Below, in pieces: positions 17,982 to 25,814 of a stretch of DNA of 32,000 bases (the first letter of the stretch is position 1; each line of letters begins with the position of its first letter). Made by a program: the position numbers and the translations under genes. The DNA lies in the NCBI RefSeq assembly GCF_001735745.1, contig NZ_CP017260.1, forward strand, positions 90,001-122,000, read 5' to 3'. Under the pieces are notes generated by a model. The model did no database searches, was not told the origin of the DNA, and saw only the letters and a list, made by a program, of their open reading frames with translations. This DNA comes from Formosa sp. Hel1_33_131 (GTDB lineage Bacteria; Bacteroidota; Bacteroidia; Flavobacteriales; Flavobacteriaceae).

Positions 17982-18398
17982 TTATAAGAAACTTTGTAAT
18001 GCGAGCTCGTAGCTTTGCAAACCAAACCCTAGGATCACTCCTTTGGCGTTTGGAGATATATAAGATTGATGCCTGAACTCTTCTCTAGCAAAGGTATTGG
18101 AGATATGCACTTCGATGACTGGGGTTTCAATGGCTTTGATGGCATCTCCGATTCCAACAGATGTGTGGGTATAAGCCGCTGCATTTAAAATAATACCATC
18201 GAAAGAAAACCCAACTTCTTGAATTTTATCAATCAACTCCCCTTCTATATTGGATTGAAAATATGATAATTCAAACCCTTCATATTTAGTTTTTAAATCT
18301 GTATAAAAGTCTTCAAATGATTGAGCGCCATAAATACCGGGCTCACGTTTGCCTAATAAATTTAAGTTAGGGCCATTGATGATAATGATTTTTTTCAT
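17982..18398 (-). CDS. aroQ: Type II 3-dehydroquinate dehydratase
   Basis: INGPNLNLLGKREP.IYG and NAAAYTHTSVGIGDA / EVHISN motifs; 138 aa. Confidence 0.93.
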   Translation of the reverse strand: MKKIIIINGPNLNLLGKREPGIYGAQSFEDFYTDLKTKYEGFELSYFQSNIEGELIDKIQEVGFSFDGIILNAAAYTHTSVGIGDAIKAIETPVIEVHISNTFAREEFRHQSYISPNAKGVILGFGLQSYELALQSFL

Positions 18399-18491
18399 AT
18401 GTCTTTCTTATTGTTTTTTTATCCGTCATATGTGTTCGCTGTCATTCATTCTCTTGAATTACATTGTTTTTAACATGCTCGGTTCATTCCA

Positions 18492-18499
18492 CAAAAATA
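18492..18499 (-). promoter_or_regulatory. -7 box TATTTTTG upstream of aroQ
   Basis: Exact TAnnTTTG match on the - strand, ~94 nt upstream of the aroQ ATG. Confidence 0.3.
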
Positions 18500-18513
18500 C
18501 AAAAGTTATGGTA

Positions 18514-18544
18514 TAAAAAAAGAGGAAGCGACGCTTCCTCTTTG
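18514..18544 (-). terminator. Rho-independent terminator of the 175-aa OMP gene
   Basis: GAGGAAGCG/CGCTTCCTC stem with a T-run on the - strand. Confidence 0.75.
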
Positions 18545-18569
18545 ATTTAAAGTATTTAAGAATGTTTTC

Positions 18570-19097
18570 TTAGAACTTGTACTGAACTCCAACAGAAAAC
18601 TTCATGATTGACTCAGAGTCATCAGCGTCTTCTACTGTGAAAGTAAAGTAATCTAAATTAGCAGCTAAACCCCAGTTATCCCCAAGAGAGTAGTTGTAAG
18701 TTGCGCCAATGATCCAAGCAGATTCCATATCAACATCAAGTTCTGCTCCTCCTGAATCGATAGTCGCAGAAGAAAAAGCATATTGAGGTTTGAAGTCAAA
18801 GTCACCAAAAGAAATCATTGGACCTACAGCAAAATATCCAACTCCAATACTACCATCATCAGTACCTTCTAAAGCATGACCAGTAGCACCCCAGTTTACA
18901 GTTGCTCCCCATGTTTCATTGAAACGGTAACCTGCATTGATAAGGCCTAAGTCTAAACCTGTTTTAGCTGTGTCAGCTAAATCTCCTTGTGGAATCGCTG
19001 CACCAATTGATACACCTACATACCCTTTAGAGTCTTGAGCAGACATTGTGTTTGTTAAAAACAAAGCTAGTACTGCCGTAAGTAATAATTTTTTCAT
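18570..19097 (-). CDS. Small outer-membrane beta-barrel protein (OmpX/OmpA-TM-like, probably 8-stranded)
   Basis: Signal peptide MKKLLLTAVLALFLTNTMSAQ, alternating amphipathic strands rich in G/Y/A, and a C-terminal ...VQYKF beta-signal. Confidence 0.72.
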   Translation of the reverse strand: MKKLLLTAVLALFLTNTMSAQDSKGYVGVSIGAAIPQGDLADTAKTGLDLGLINAGYRFNETWGATVNWGATGHALEGTDDGSIGVGYFAVGPMISFGDFDFKPQYAFSSATIDSGGAELDVDMESAWIIGATYNYSLGDNWGLAANLDYFTFTVEDADDSESIMKFSVGVQYKF

Positions 19098-19167
19098 AAT
19101 TTTAATTTTAGTTTATTATTAATAATGTAAAATTAAACAAAATAATTAAAGATACAATTCTAAAATT

Positions 19168-19175
19168 CAAAAATA
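19168..19175 (-). promoter_or_regulatory. -7 box TATTTTTG upstream of the 175-aa OMP gene
   Basis: Exact TAnnTTTG match on the - strand, ~70 nt upstream of the ATG at 19097. Confidence 0.35.
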
Positions 19176-19392
19176 TTGAAAATAATTACATTTTATTAAT
19201 ATATATTGTAGATTGGCTCTCGGGGGAATAATACGACAAACCTCTATAGATATACTGATTATACTCAGTAAAACCTAAAGTTTAAGAACTCTGAAGTGTA
19301 TTCTTTTCCTTTGACGCCACGTGTATTCTAATTAGTTTGATCCAATACAGCTTTAAAATTATTGTTTAAGTAATTACAGTTAAGTTATAAAC

Positions 19393-19423
19393 AAAAAAAA
19401 GAAGCCTAAGGCTTCTTTTTTTT
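19393..19423 (-). terminator. Rho-independent (palindromic) terminator of the 167-aa OMP gene
   Basis: AAAAAAAAGAAGCCTAAGGCTTCTTTTTTTT: a GAAGCC/GGCTTC stem with A/T runs on both sides. Confidence 0.8.
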
Positions 19424-19439
19424 GTTTAACTATTGAATA

Positions 19440-19943
19440 TTAAAAATGTAACGCAAAACCAATGTTAAGTTGAATTAAATTTTCTTTAGAAAATTTGTCG
19501 TTCATAGATACATTGTAACGCAAACCAGGTTCAATAGAGACATTTGACCCTAAGAAAATTGCATAACCAGCTCCTAAGCCGACCCATGAAGGGTTTTCGT
19601 CATAATCTTTAATTATAGCTCCAGTATAATCAAGAGTTAAAGGAATTTTACTCATCAAGTAATACTTTGCTCCTAAACGGTAAGAAAAAACATTTTCGTC
19701 TGTTACAGAATTAGAGGCATACCCCAACCCTACTTTAATTGCAAGGTCATCCATGATAAAATAACCGCCATCAAGTCCTAATGAATATACAATTTCTCCA
19801 TCAGCAGAAAGAAGTGAAAATGATGTGGTTCCCACCATTTGATTGGCAATGTTCGTTTCAATTAATAAACTTCCTTTTTCAGTTTGTGCAGTAACAGTTG
19901 TTAAAGCGAATACAGCTACAGCTGTTAATAATAATTTTTTCAT
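19440..19943 (-). CDS. Small outer-membrane beta-barrel protein, paralog-like
   Basis: Signal peptide MKKLLLTAVAVFALTTVTAQ, nearly identical at its start to the neighbouring OMP. It has beta-strand periodicity and a C-terminal ...FALHF. Confidence 0.72.
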   Translation of the reverse strand: MKKLLLTAVAVFALTTVTAQTEKGSLLIETNIANQMVGTTSFSLLSADGEIVYSLGLDGGYFIMDDLAIKVGLGYASNSVTDENVFSYRLGAKYYLMSKIPLTLDYTGAIIKDYDENPSWVGLGAGYAIFLGSNVSIEPGLRYNVSMNDKFSKENLIQLNIGFALHF

Positions 19944-19976
19944 AATAGTTTTGGGTTTATATGATTAATAATTCGC

Positions 19977-19984
19977 CAAATATA
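19977..19984 (-). promoter_or_regulatory. -7 box TATATTTG upstream of the 167-aa OMP gene
   Basis: Exact TAnnTTTG match on the - strand, ~33 nt upstream of the ATG at 19943. Confidence 0.4.
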
Positions 19985-20073
19985 TTATAAAATATCATAT
20001 ATAAAAAAGCCCTCAACAGATGTGAGGACTTAGTTCTGAAAAACTGTTTAAGTGAATGTTTTAAAAATTTAAA

Positions 20074-20103
20074 CAAAAAAAGGAGCCCGTAAGGCTCCTT
20101 TTA
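20074..20103 (-). terminator. Rho-independent terminator of the porin gene
   Basis: AGGAGCC..GGCTCCT stem with a T-run on the - strand. Confidence 0.75.
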
Positions 20104-20121
20104 AAAATTATAAAATGTTTG

Positions 20122-21156
20122 TTAGAACGAATAAACCGCTGCTAATACAAATGATGATAAGCTGTTTGAAGGCATTAAATCATTGTCCATAAAAGTAGCT
20201 TCTTCACTTGCTGAATCCAATCTAAATTCTGGCTTGATCATTAAGTTACCTACTGAATAATTTCCTGTTAAAGTTACTGCAAATACATCTGCATCGCCTT
20301 TGAAATCATAAGCGCCAATACCACCAGCACCACCTTCAGTTTCAACAAAGTACTCAGCTCTTAAACCTACAGAAAACTTATCTGAAGTCGAAACTTGAGG
20401 ATACAATGCAACACCTGCAAAACTTGTGTCGATATCAATATCATCCGTAGCATCAAAATAAGCAGCGTTAATTCCTAAGAAAAAAGACTCAGAAATATCA
20501 ATTCCACCTGTGAAATCAACTTCAAAAGAATCTTGAGACGCTAAGTAATTTAAGTACTGTCCTTTGTACCCAAGCTGAACACCTACTGCATAATCGCCTG
20601 TAGGATTGTACTCAGTTAAATCTGTAGGATTCATAATAGCAGCCATTAAAGTCAAATCATCACCGAAATCAAAATCAGCTTTTATTCCTGTATGACTGAA
20701 CGGTCCGTAAGAAAATAAATACGACGTACTGTAGTTAAAGTTTCCAACAGGAGAAATAACTTCATACCCTAAAAAAGTATTGAAATTACCCATTGTCAAG
20801 GTCACCTTTTCGCTTACATTCCAGTAGGCATACAATTGATTGATAACGTTCGCAGAACTTGAATTCATTGGAGATGCAAAAACAGCATCCGTTCCTCTGG
20901 GTCCAAAAACCAAATCAGCAACAACTCCAACGTTAGAAGCTTCATAGCTTGCAACAATATTTGCCATTCCTAATGAAAACCCTGAAAGGTTTGCAAATGA
21001 AGACCCTGGTGCAATTGCATTTTCGTCATTTGGAGCATCTAAATTTGCTCTGTAATAAGCATCAACCGACCCACTAAAAGTCAATTTTGGCTCTTCTTCT
21101 TGACCGAATGTAAATCCTACAACGGCAAGAGATAATAAAGTAATTAATTTTTTCAT
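20122..21156 (-). CDS. Porin-like outer-membrane beta-barrel protein
   Basis: Signal peptide MKKLITLLSLAVVGFTFGQ, an FSGSVDAYYRANL porin-like N-terminal strand, and a C-terminal ...AAVYSF. The ATG at 21156 is preferred; the track start at 21198 is TTG and lies upstream of the -7 box. Confidence 0.7.
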   Translation of the reverse strand: MKKLITLLSLAVVGFTFGQEEEPKLTFSGSVDAYYRANLDAPNDENAIAPGSSFANLSGFSLGMANIVASYEASNVGVVADLVFGPRGTDAVFASPMNSSSANVINQLYAYWNVSEKVTLTMGNFNTFLGYEVISPVGNFNYSTSYLFSYGPFSHTGIKADFDFGDDLTLMAAIMNPTDLTEYNPTGDYAVGVQLGYKGQYLNYLASQDSFEVDFTGGIDISESFFLGINAAYFDATDDIDIDTSFAGVALYPQVSTSDKFSVGLRAEYFVETEGGAGGIGAYDFKGDADVFAVTLTGNYSVGNLMIKPEFRLDSASEEATFMDNDLMPSNSLSSFVLAAVYSF

Positions 21157-21184
21157 AATCATTATTTTGTTTAAGATATAAGTT

Positions 21185-21192
21185 GCAAATTT
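21185..21192 (-). promoter_or_regulatory. -7 box TAAATTTG upstream of the porin gene
   Basis: Exact TAnnTTTG match on the - strand, ~28 nt upstream of the ATG at 21156. Confidence 0.4.
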
Positions 21193-21385
21193 AAACAAAA
21201 ATAATATTCAAAACCTATTGATTTTTACTTTAATCGTAAAAATCATACACTTTAAAGTACTTTTAAGATGGAAGTTGCCATCATCAAAAACGGTTAAAAA
21301 GTATAAAAAATGCTAAAATCAATTAAATGTTACTATAATTTTTGTAATATCGTTGTATAAATATTCATTTCATTAATACAACTCT

Positions 21386-22891
21386 ATGAAACTTAAAATC
21401 ACGCTATTACTATTTATATTGATAGCAAACCAAAACATTGGTCAGGCTCAAAACCAAGAGACCTTTGCTTCTAGCATCACAGCAGAAGAATTAAAAGAAA
21501 AACTCTACACCTATGCTTCTGATGAATTTGAAGGGAGAGAAACAGGGACCAAAGGACAAAAAATAGCTATAGAGTATCTAAAGAATAGCTATACAAATCT
21601 AGGAATCGCTGCAGCCAAGGCTGATGGAGATTATTTTCAAAATGTGCCTTTAGTATTGGTAGAAACTCCAAAAGTATCTATAAATATAGATGAGACTTCA
21701 TTTGAATATTATCAAGATTTTATAAGCATTACCGATGCAAAATCAAGCGTCATCAACGCAAGTGATATTGTTGTGGTTGGTTATGGAATTAAAGATGCAC
21801 TTTATAATGACTATAAAGACATGGATGTGACCAATAAAATTGTAGTGGCTATTGCAGGCGAACCAAAAAATGAAGATGGCACCTATCTTATGAGTGGTAC
21901 TGATGAAATTTCTAAGTGGTCTAATGGACGTCAAGCAATGCGATCAAAACAAAATACCGCCAAAGAATTGGGAGCTAAAGCCTTCTTTCTGATTAACGAT
22001 GCGATGTTTAAACGCTATGCAAACTATTACCAAGCACGTGACGAACGTGGAGGTGAAAGTAATTTGGCCTTAGATGTCAACGAAGAACCCATGTATGGCT
22101 TCCTAGTGAGCGAAGCAATGGGTGCCGTTTTATTAAAAACGAACACAATTGAAATCGATTTTAAACAAGTCAGTGAACCTATTATTTCTGAGAATGTCGC
22201 CGCCATGATTAAAGGAAGCGAAAAACCTGATGAATACATCATTCTTTCTGCGCATTTAGACCATGTTGGCATGCACGACGGCGAAGTTTTTAACGGAGCG
22301 GATGATGATGGCTCTGGTACGGTTGCTATTTTGGAAATCGCTGAAGCTTTTAAAGCAGCTCAAGAAAAAGGTCAAGGACCTAAGCGTTCTGTGATATTCT
22401 TACATGTGACAGGCGAAGAAAAAGGATTGTTAGGTTCACAGTATTATACGGATTACGATCCAATTGTGCCTTTAGCGCAGACTGTTTCCAACTTAAACAT
22501 TGACATGATTGGACGTACCGACCCCAAAAGAACCGAAGGAAAACGCAATTATATCTACCTTATTGGAAGTGATAAGTTAAGTACCGATCTTCACAACCTA
22601 TCTGAGGAAATGAATACAAAATACACCAATATTGAATTGGACTATACTTATAATGACGAGAACGATCCCAATCGTTTTTATTACCGATCGGATCATTATA
22701 ATTTTGCTAAAAACAACATTCCGATTATATTTTATTTTAATGGAACCCATGCCGATTACCACAAGGCAACAGATACACCAGATAAGATTGAATACGATTT
22801 ATTAGAGAACAGAACGCGCTTGGTGTTTCATACGGCTTGGGAATTGGCCAATAGAGAAGACGCCGTTAGAGTTGATAAGGCTGTGGAGTAA
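21386..22891 (+). CDS. M28-family aminopeptidase with PA domain, secreted
   Basis: Signal peptide. Zn-ligand blocks SAHLDHVG, GADDDGSGT, GEEKGLLGS, and a C-terminal HY/DYH region; 501 aa. Confidence 0.85.
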   Translation: MKLKITLLLFILIANQNIGQAQNQETFASSITAEELKEKLYTYASDEFEGRETGTKGQKIAIEYLKNSYTNLGIAAAKADGDYFQNVPLVLVETPKVSINIDETSFEYYQDFISITDAKSSVINASDIVVVGYGIKDALYNDYKDMDVTNKIVVAIAGEPKNEDGTYLMSGTDEISKWSNGRQAMRSKQNTAKELGAKAFFLINDAMFKRYANYYQARDERGGESNLALDVNEEPMYGFLVSEAMGAVLLKTNTIEIDFKQVSEPIISENVAAMIKGSEKPDEYIILSAHLDHVGMHDGEVFNGADDDGSGTVAILEIAEAFKAAQEKGQGPKRSVIFLHVTGEEKGLLGSQYYTDYDPIVPLAQTVSNLNIDMIGRTDPKRTEGKRNYIYLIGSDKLSTDLHNLSEEMNTKYTNIELDYTYNDENDPNRFYYRSDHYNFAKNNIPIIFYFNGTHADYHKATDTPDKIEYDLLENRTRLVFHTAWELANREDAVRVDKAVE

Positions 22892-22913
22892 AACAAACCA
22901 AAATTAAGTGTAC

Positions 22914-22954
22914 AAAAAAAGCTTCTCTAAAATTTAGAGAAGCTTTTGCTTTTT
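22914..22954. terminator. Bidirectional palindromic terminator between the M28 gene (+) and tRNA-His (-)
   Basis: AGCTTCTCTAAA/TTTAGAGAAGCT 12-bp arms flanked by A7 on the left and T-runs on the right. Confidence 0.75.
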
Positions 22955-23030
22955 GGGTGGAAGACCGGGTTCGAACCGGCGACCCCTGGTACCACAAACC
23001 AGTGCTCTAACCAGCTGAGCTACAACCACC
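22955..23030 (-). tRNA. tRNA-His (anticodon GTG) with encoded G-1
   Basis: The reverse complement folds as a cloverleaf: D arm GCTC/GAGC, anticodon arm CTGGT-TTGTGGT-ACCAG, T arm GCCGG-TTCGAAC-CCGGT. There is an extra 5' G opposite C73. CCA is not fully encoded. Confidence 0.85.
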
Positions 23031-23054
23031 GTTTGGCATTCAAATAATGCGTTG

Positions 23055-23062
23055 CAAATGTA
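23055..23062 (-). promoter_or_regulatory. -7 box TACATTTG upstream of tRNA-His
   Basis: Exact TAnnTTTG match on the - strand, ~25 nt upstream of the tRNA 5' end. Confidence 0.4.
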
Positions 23063-23097
23063 TAGTATTTAGTATTTTATACAAACCTTTTTTTATA

Positions 23098-23820
23098 TTA
23101 TTTTAAGTCAAATAACGAATCTATTGCTGGAAGGCGTTCTACATTAAATCCTTCGGCATAGTCCACCCCTACCAAACGACCGAGATCGGCGGCTCTGTAA
23201 CGGATACTATCTACAAAGTTTTTTGAAGAAATTGGTGTTTCAGGAGCCTGACTCTTAGGGTCATAGAATTGGGTTGCATAGGCTAAAACTGAAGCCATTT
23301 TCTGTTCAATTTGCGAACTAATATCCACGACAAAATCAGGTTGAAGGGTTTTCCATTGTATATAATGGTAAACAGATTTTGGACGCCAAGGCGCTTGTAA
23401 ATCCTTTTTTCCATCAGAATGGGTCTCAATTTTCACCAATCCGCTTAAAAAACAAGCATCACTGACGAGCTGACTTGCCTTTCCGTGGTCTGTATGGCGG
23501 TCATCAACAGCATTGCACAACACAATTTCGGGACGGTATTGACGTATTGTTTTTATGATTTCTAGTTGGTGGGCTTTATCATTCATTATAAATCCATCCG
23601 AAAAATTCAGGTTTTCTCTAAACGACACGCCTAATATCTCAGCCGCATTGGCAGCTTCCACCTTTCGAGTCTCGGCAGTGCCCCTTGTTCCTAACTCCCC
23701 TTTTGAGAGATCTATAATCCCAACGGTTTTTCCGTTTTGAATTTCTTTAAAAATTGTACCGCCACAGCTCAATTCTACATCGTCCGGATGGGCACCAAAA
23801 GCAAGGATATCAATTTTCAT
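23098..23820 (-). CDS. bshB1: Bacillithiol biosynthesis deacetylase BshB1 (LmbE/PIG-L family)
   Basis: ILAFGAHPDDVELSCGGT and HTDH metal-binding motifs; 240 aa. Confidence 0.78.
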   Translation of the reverse strand: MKIDILAFGAHPDDVELSCGGTIFKEIQNGKTVGIIDLSKGELGTRGTAETRKVEAANAAEILGVSFRENLNFSDGFIMNDKAHQLEIIKTIRQYRPEIVLCNAVDDRHTDHGKASQLVSDACFLSGLVKIETHSDGKKDLQAPWRPKSVYHYIQWKTLQPDFVVDISSQIEQKMASVLAYATQFYDPKSQAPETPISSKNFVDSIRYRAADLGRLVGVDYAEGFNVERLPAIDSLFDLK

Positions 23821-23824
23821 AAAG

Positions 23825-24985
23825 TTATTTTTTAGGATTGCTCGCAGAAATGGCCTGCTCTATATCTTCAATTAAATCTTTCTTAGTTTCAATGCCTACA
23901 GAAAAACGAATCAATTGATCCGTAATACCTTGTGTCGCACGATCAAATTCAGAGAGTAATGCATGGGAAGTTTTTGATGGCAATAACATGGTGCTTTCCA
24001 CGCCTGCCAAACTCATAGAAGGTTTGATGAGTGTCAAGGCTTCTAAGAATTTTTCAGCATCGTACTTATCTGTAAGTTCAAAAGAAAGCATAGCGCCATA
24101 CCCTTTCATCTGAATTTTAGCCAAGCTGTGATACTCATTGGATTTTAGTCCGGGATAATAGACTGTTTTTACAGCGGAATGTTTTTCTAAAAATTTAGCC
24201 AAACGTTTCGCATTGCGTTGTTGTGCTTTCACACGAATGCCCAAGGTTTTCATACTTCTTTCGAGCAACCAAACGGTATAATCACTCAGGTTCCCTCCAA
24301 AATCTTTTGCTAGACTCCAGATTTTATCCATAATTTCTTGAGAGGAAGCCACCGCACCAGCACTAATGTCGCTGTGTCCTCCAAAGTATTTAGTAGCACT
24401 GTGCATCACAATATCAATCCCTAAATCAATCGGATTTTGAATGATTGGAGACGCAAATGTATTGTCTGCAGCTGTAATGATCTTATGATTTTTAGCCAAT
24501 TTCGCAATCGCAAATATATCCACTAACTTCATGAGTGGATTGGAAGGCGTTTCTATATAAATTAATTTGGTATTCGATTGAATACAATCTTCAAATGCCT
24601 TGTAAGATAAATCTTTCGTAAAGCTATATTCTATGCCGTAATTCGCGAAATGCGACTCTATAAAATTACGCGTTCCCCCATAAATATCATTTTGAATCAC
24701 TGCATGGTCTCCCGATTTTAAAAAGGTTAAAAGAGTTGCAGAAATTGCTGCCATTCCAGAACCAAAAATCAAGGCTGCTTCCGCATGTTCTAAAGCCGCA
24801 ATTTTTTTTGATAGATGTTCTTGGTTTGGCGTATTAAAATATCGTGGATAGCGCTTGGTATCAACATCCATAAAATTAAAAGACGTTGACATATACAGTG
24901 GCGACACACTCCCTTGAAAGGTTTTGTCTTCGATGGACCCTGAATGGGTGCAAATAGTGTTTAAACCTAGTTTTTTAGAGCTCAT
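23825..24985 (-). CDS. Cys/Met-metabolism PLP-dependent enzyme (cystathionine beta-lyase / gamma-synthase family)
   Basis: N-terminal T..H.G block, GSGMAAI, and PLP-lysine motif HSATKYFGGHSD; 386 aa. The exact reaction cannot be called from sequence alone. Confidence 0.85.
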   Translation of the reverse strand: MSSKKLGLNTICTHSGSIEDKTFQGSVSPLYMSTSFNFMDVDTKRYPRYFNTPNQEHLSKKIAALEHAEAALIFGSGMAAISATLLTFLKSGDHAVIQNDIYGGTRNFIESHFANYGIEYSFTKDLSYKAFEDCIQSNTKLIYIETPSNPLMKLVDIFAIAKLAKNHKIITAADNTFASPIIQNPIDLGIDIVMHSATKYFGGHSDISAGAVASSQEIMDKIWSLAKDFGGNLSDYTVWLLERSMKTLGIRVKAQQRNAKRLAKFLEKHSAVKTVYYPGLKSNEYHSLAKIQMKGYGAMLSFELTDKYDAEKFLEALTLIKPSMSLAGVESTMLLPSKTSHALLSEFDRATQGITDQLIRFSVGIETKKDLIEDIEQAISASNPKK

Positions 24986-25103
24986 AAGGATTGATTAAGG
25001 GTCTTATTATTTTTTTCCAATATCGTTAAATTGTTTTATTAAAACAACAGCCCATATCACAACGCATACAGATACAAAAATAGAAAATGAGAGGACGATG
25101 GAG

Positions 25104-25298
25104 TTAGCGGTCAAGACGGAAGAGTTTAAAGAATATCATTAAACCTAGAAGCATTGGTGCCCAGATCCCTACAAAAATACCATGTAACTCATCGCCTGTC
25201 ATAAACAAGTATTCGGAAACACAGATAATGATTGCACACAAGCCGAGCAATAACATATTAGTGAGTCCAAGTTTTTTTAAAAAATTCATTGGTGTCAT
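25104..25298 (-). CDS. Small two-TM membrane protein, hypothetical
   Basis: 64-aa ORF with two clear hydrophobic helices, on the same strand as the PLP-enzyme/bshB1 genes and upstream of them. No motif recognised. Confidence 0.4.
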   Translation of the reverse strand: MTPMNFLKKLGLTNMLLLGLCAIIICVSEYLFMTGDELHGIFVGIWAPMLLGLMIFFKLFRLDR

Positions 25299-25330
25299 TT
25301 ATTTAAATCTAATGTATAAAAAATTTGTTA

Positions 25331-25360
25331 TTTATTCTCTGTTTATTTCTAAAATCTAAT
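25331..25360 (+). repeat. Left copy of the 30-bp direct repeat (20-bp perfect core GTTTATTTCTAAAATCTAAT at 25341-25360)
   Basis: Identical 20-mer at 27325-27344. The ungapped extension gives 28/30 identity against 27315-27344. Confidence 0.85.
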
Positions 25361-25527
25361 GAGTTCAATTTGAAATTCTAGATTGTTCGATTAAAATTCG
25401 CATGATTTTTTTATTATCTCAAAAAATTCTGTAAATTTGAGCATGGATGCCCCCAAATCTAAATCTTCAATACGCAATTTAACCGAAGTTTTAGATATTA
25501 TTTTATTGAAATAGGTTTTATAAACTA

Positions 25528-25553
25528 CCACGCCAAAGCGTGGCAGTAGCACG
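25528..25553. repeat. Palindromic interspersed element, copy B (CCACGCCAAAGCGTGGCAGTAGCACG)
   Basis: CCACGC/GCGTGG hairpin. It aligns with copy A at 14928-14954. Confidence 0.55.
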
Positions 25554-25802
25554 AATTTATAAGCATGTGCGTAATAAACCTCTTGCAAAAATAAAAAATA
25601 CTATGAATGCAATTATAGACAATCAACACGTTGATAAACAGTATATTAAGAATATAATAAACTGAAAACGTATAAAAGAAATAAACGCACGTTCCTTGAG
25701 TCTATCGAAAGGAGTGCGTATATATACTAGTTATGCATCACTCGAAAAACGAAGCGTAAATTATCAAAACCTGCAAGATATGAATGTTTTGATAATTATT
25801 TA

Positions 25803-25810
25803 TATCTTTG
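25803..25810 (+). promoter_or_regulatory. -7 box TATCTTTG directly upstream of the ATPase gene
   Basis: Exact TAnnTTTG match ending 4 nt before the ATG at 25815. Confidence 0.4.
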
Positions 25811-25814
25811 CTTT

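Noticed and set aside
20009-20027. Second weak hairpin (CCTCA..TGAGG plus T-run on the - strand) downstream of the porin terminator
   Set aside because: The stem is only 5 bp. It may add to termination but is not strong enough to call as a feature.
24986-25103. Possible SAM/S-box-type riboswitch upstream of the Cys/Met PLP enzyme
   Set aside because: The 118-nt - strand leader shows none of the conserved SAM-riboswitch helices or core motifs by eye. Only a promoter box is evident. An Rfam scan would be the definitive check.
25391-25588. 65-aa ORF on the - strand inside the left arm of the islet
   Set aside because: It reads straight through the palindromic element (the LLPRFGVV segment is the hairpin translated). 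It has no recognisable motif, and the only nearby - strand promoter box (25586-25593) would start transcription downstream of its ATG. I treat it as non-coding.
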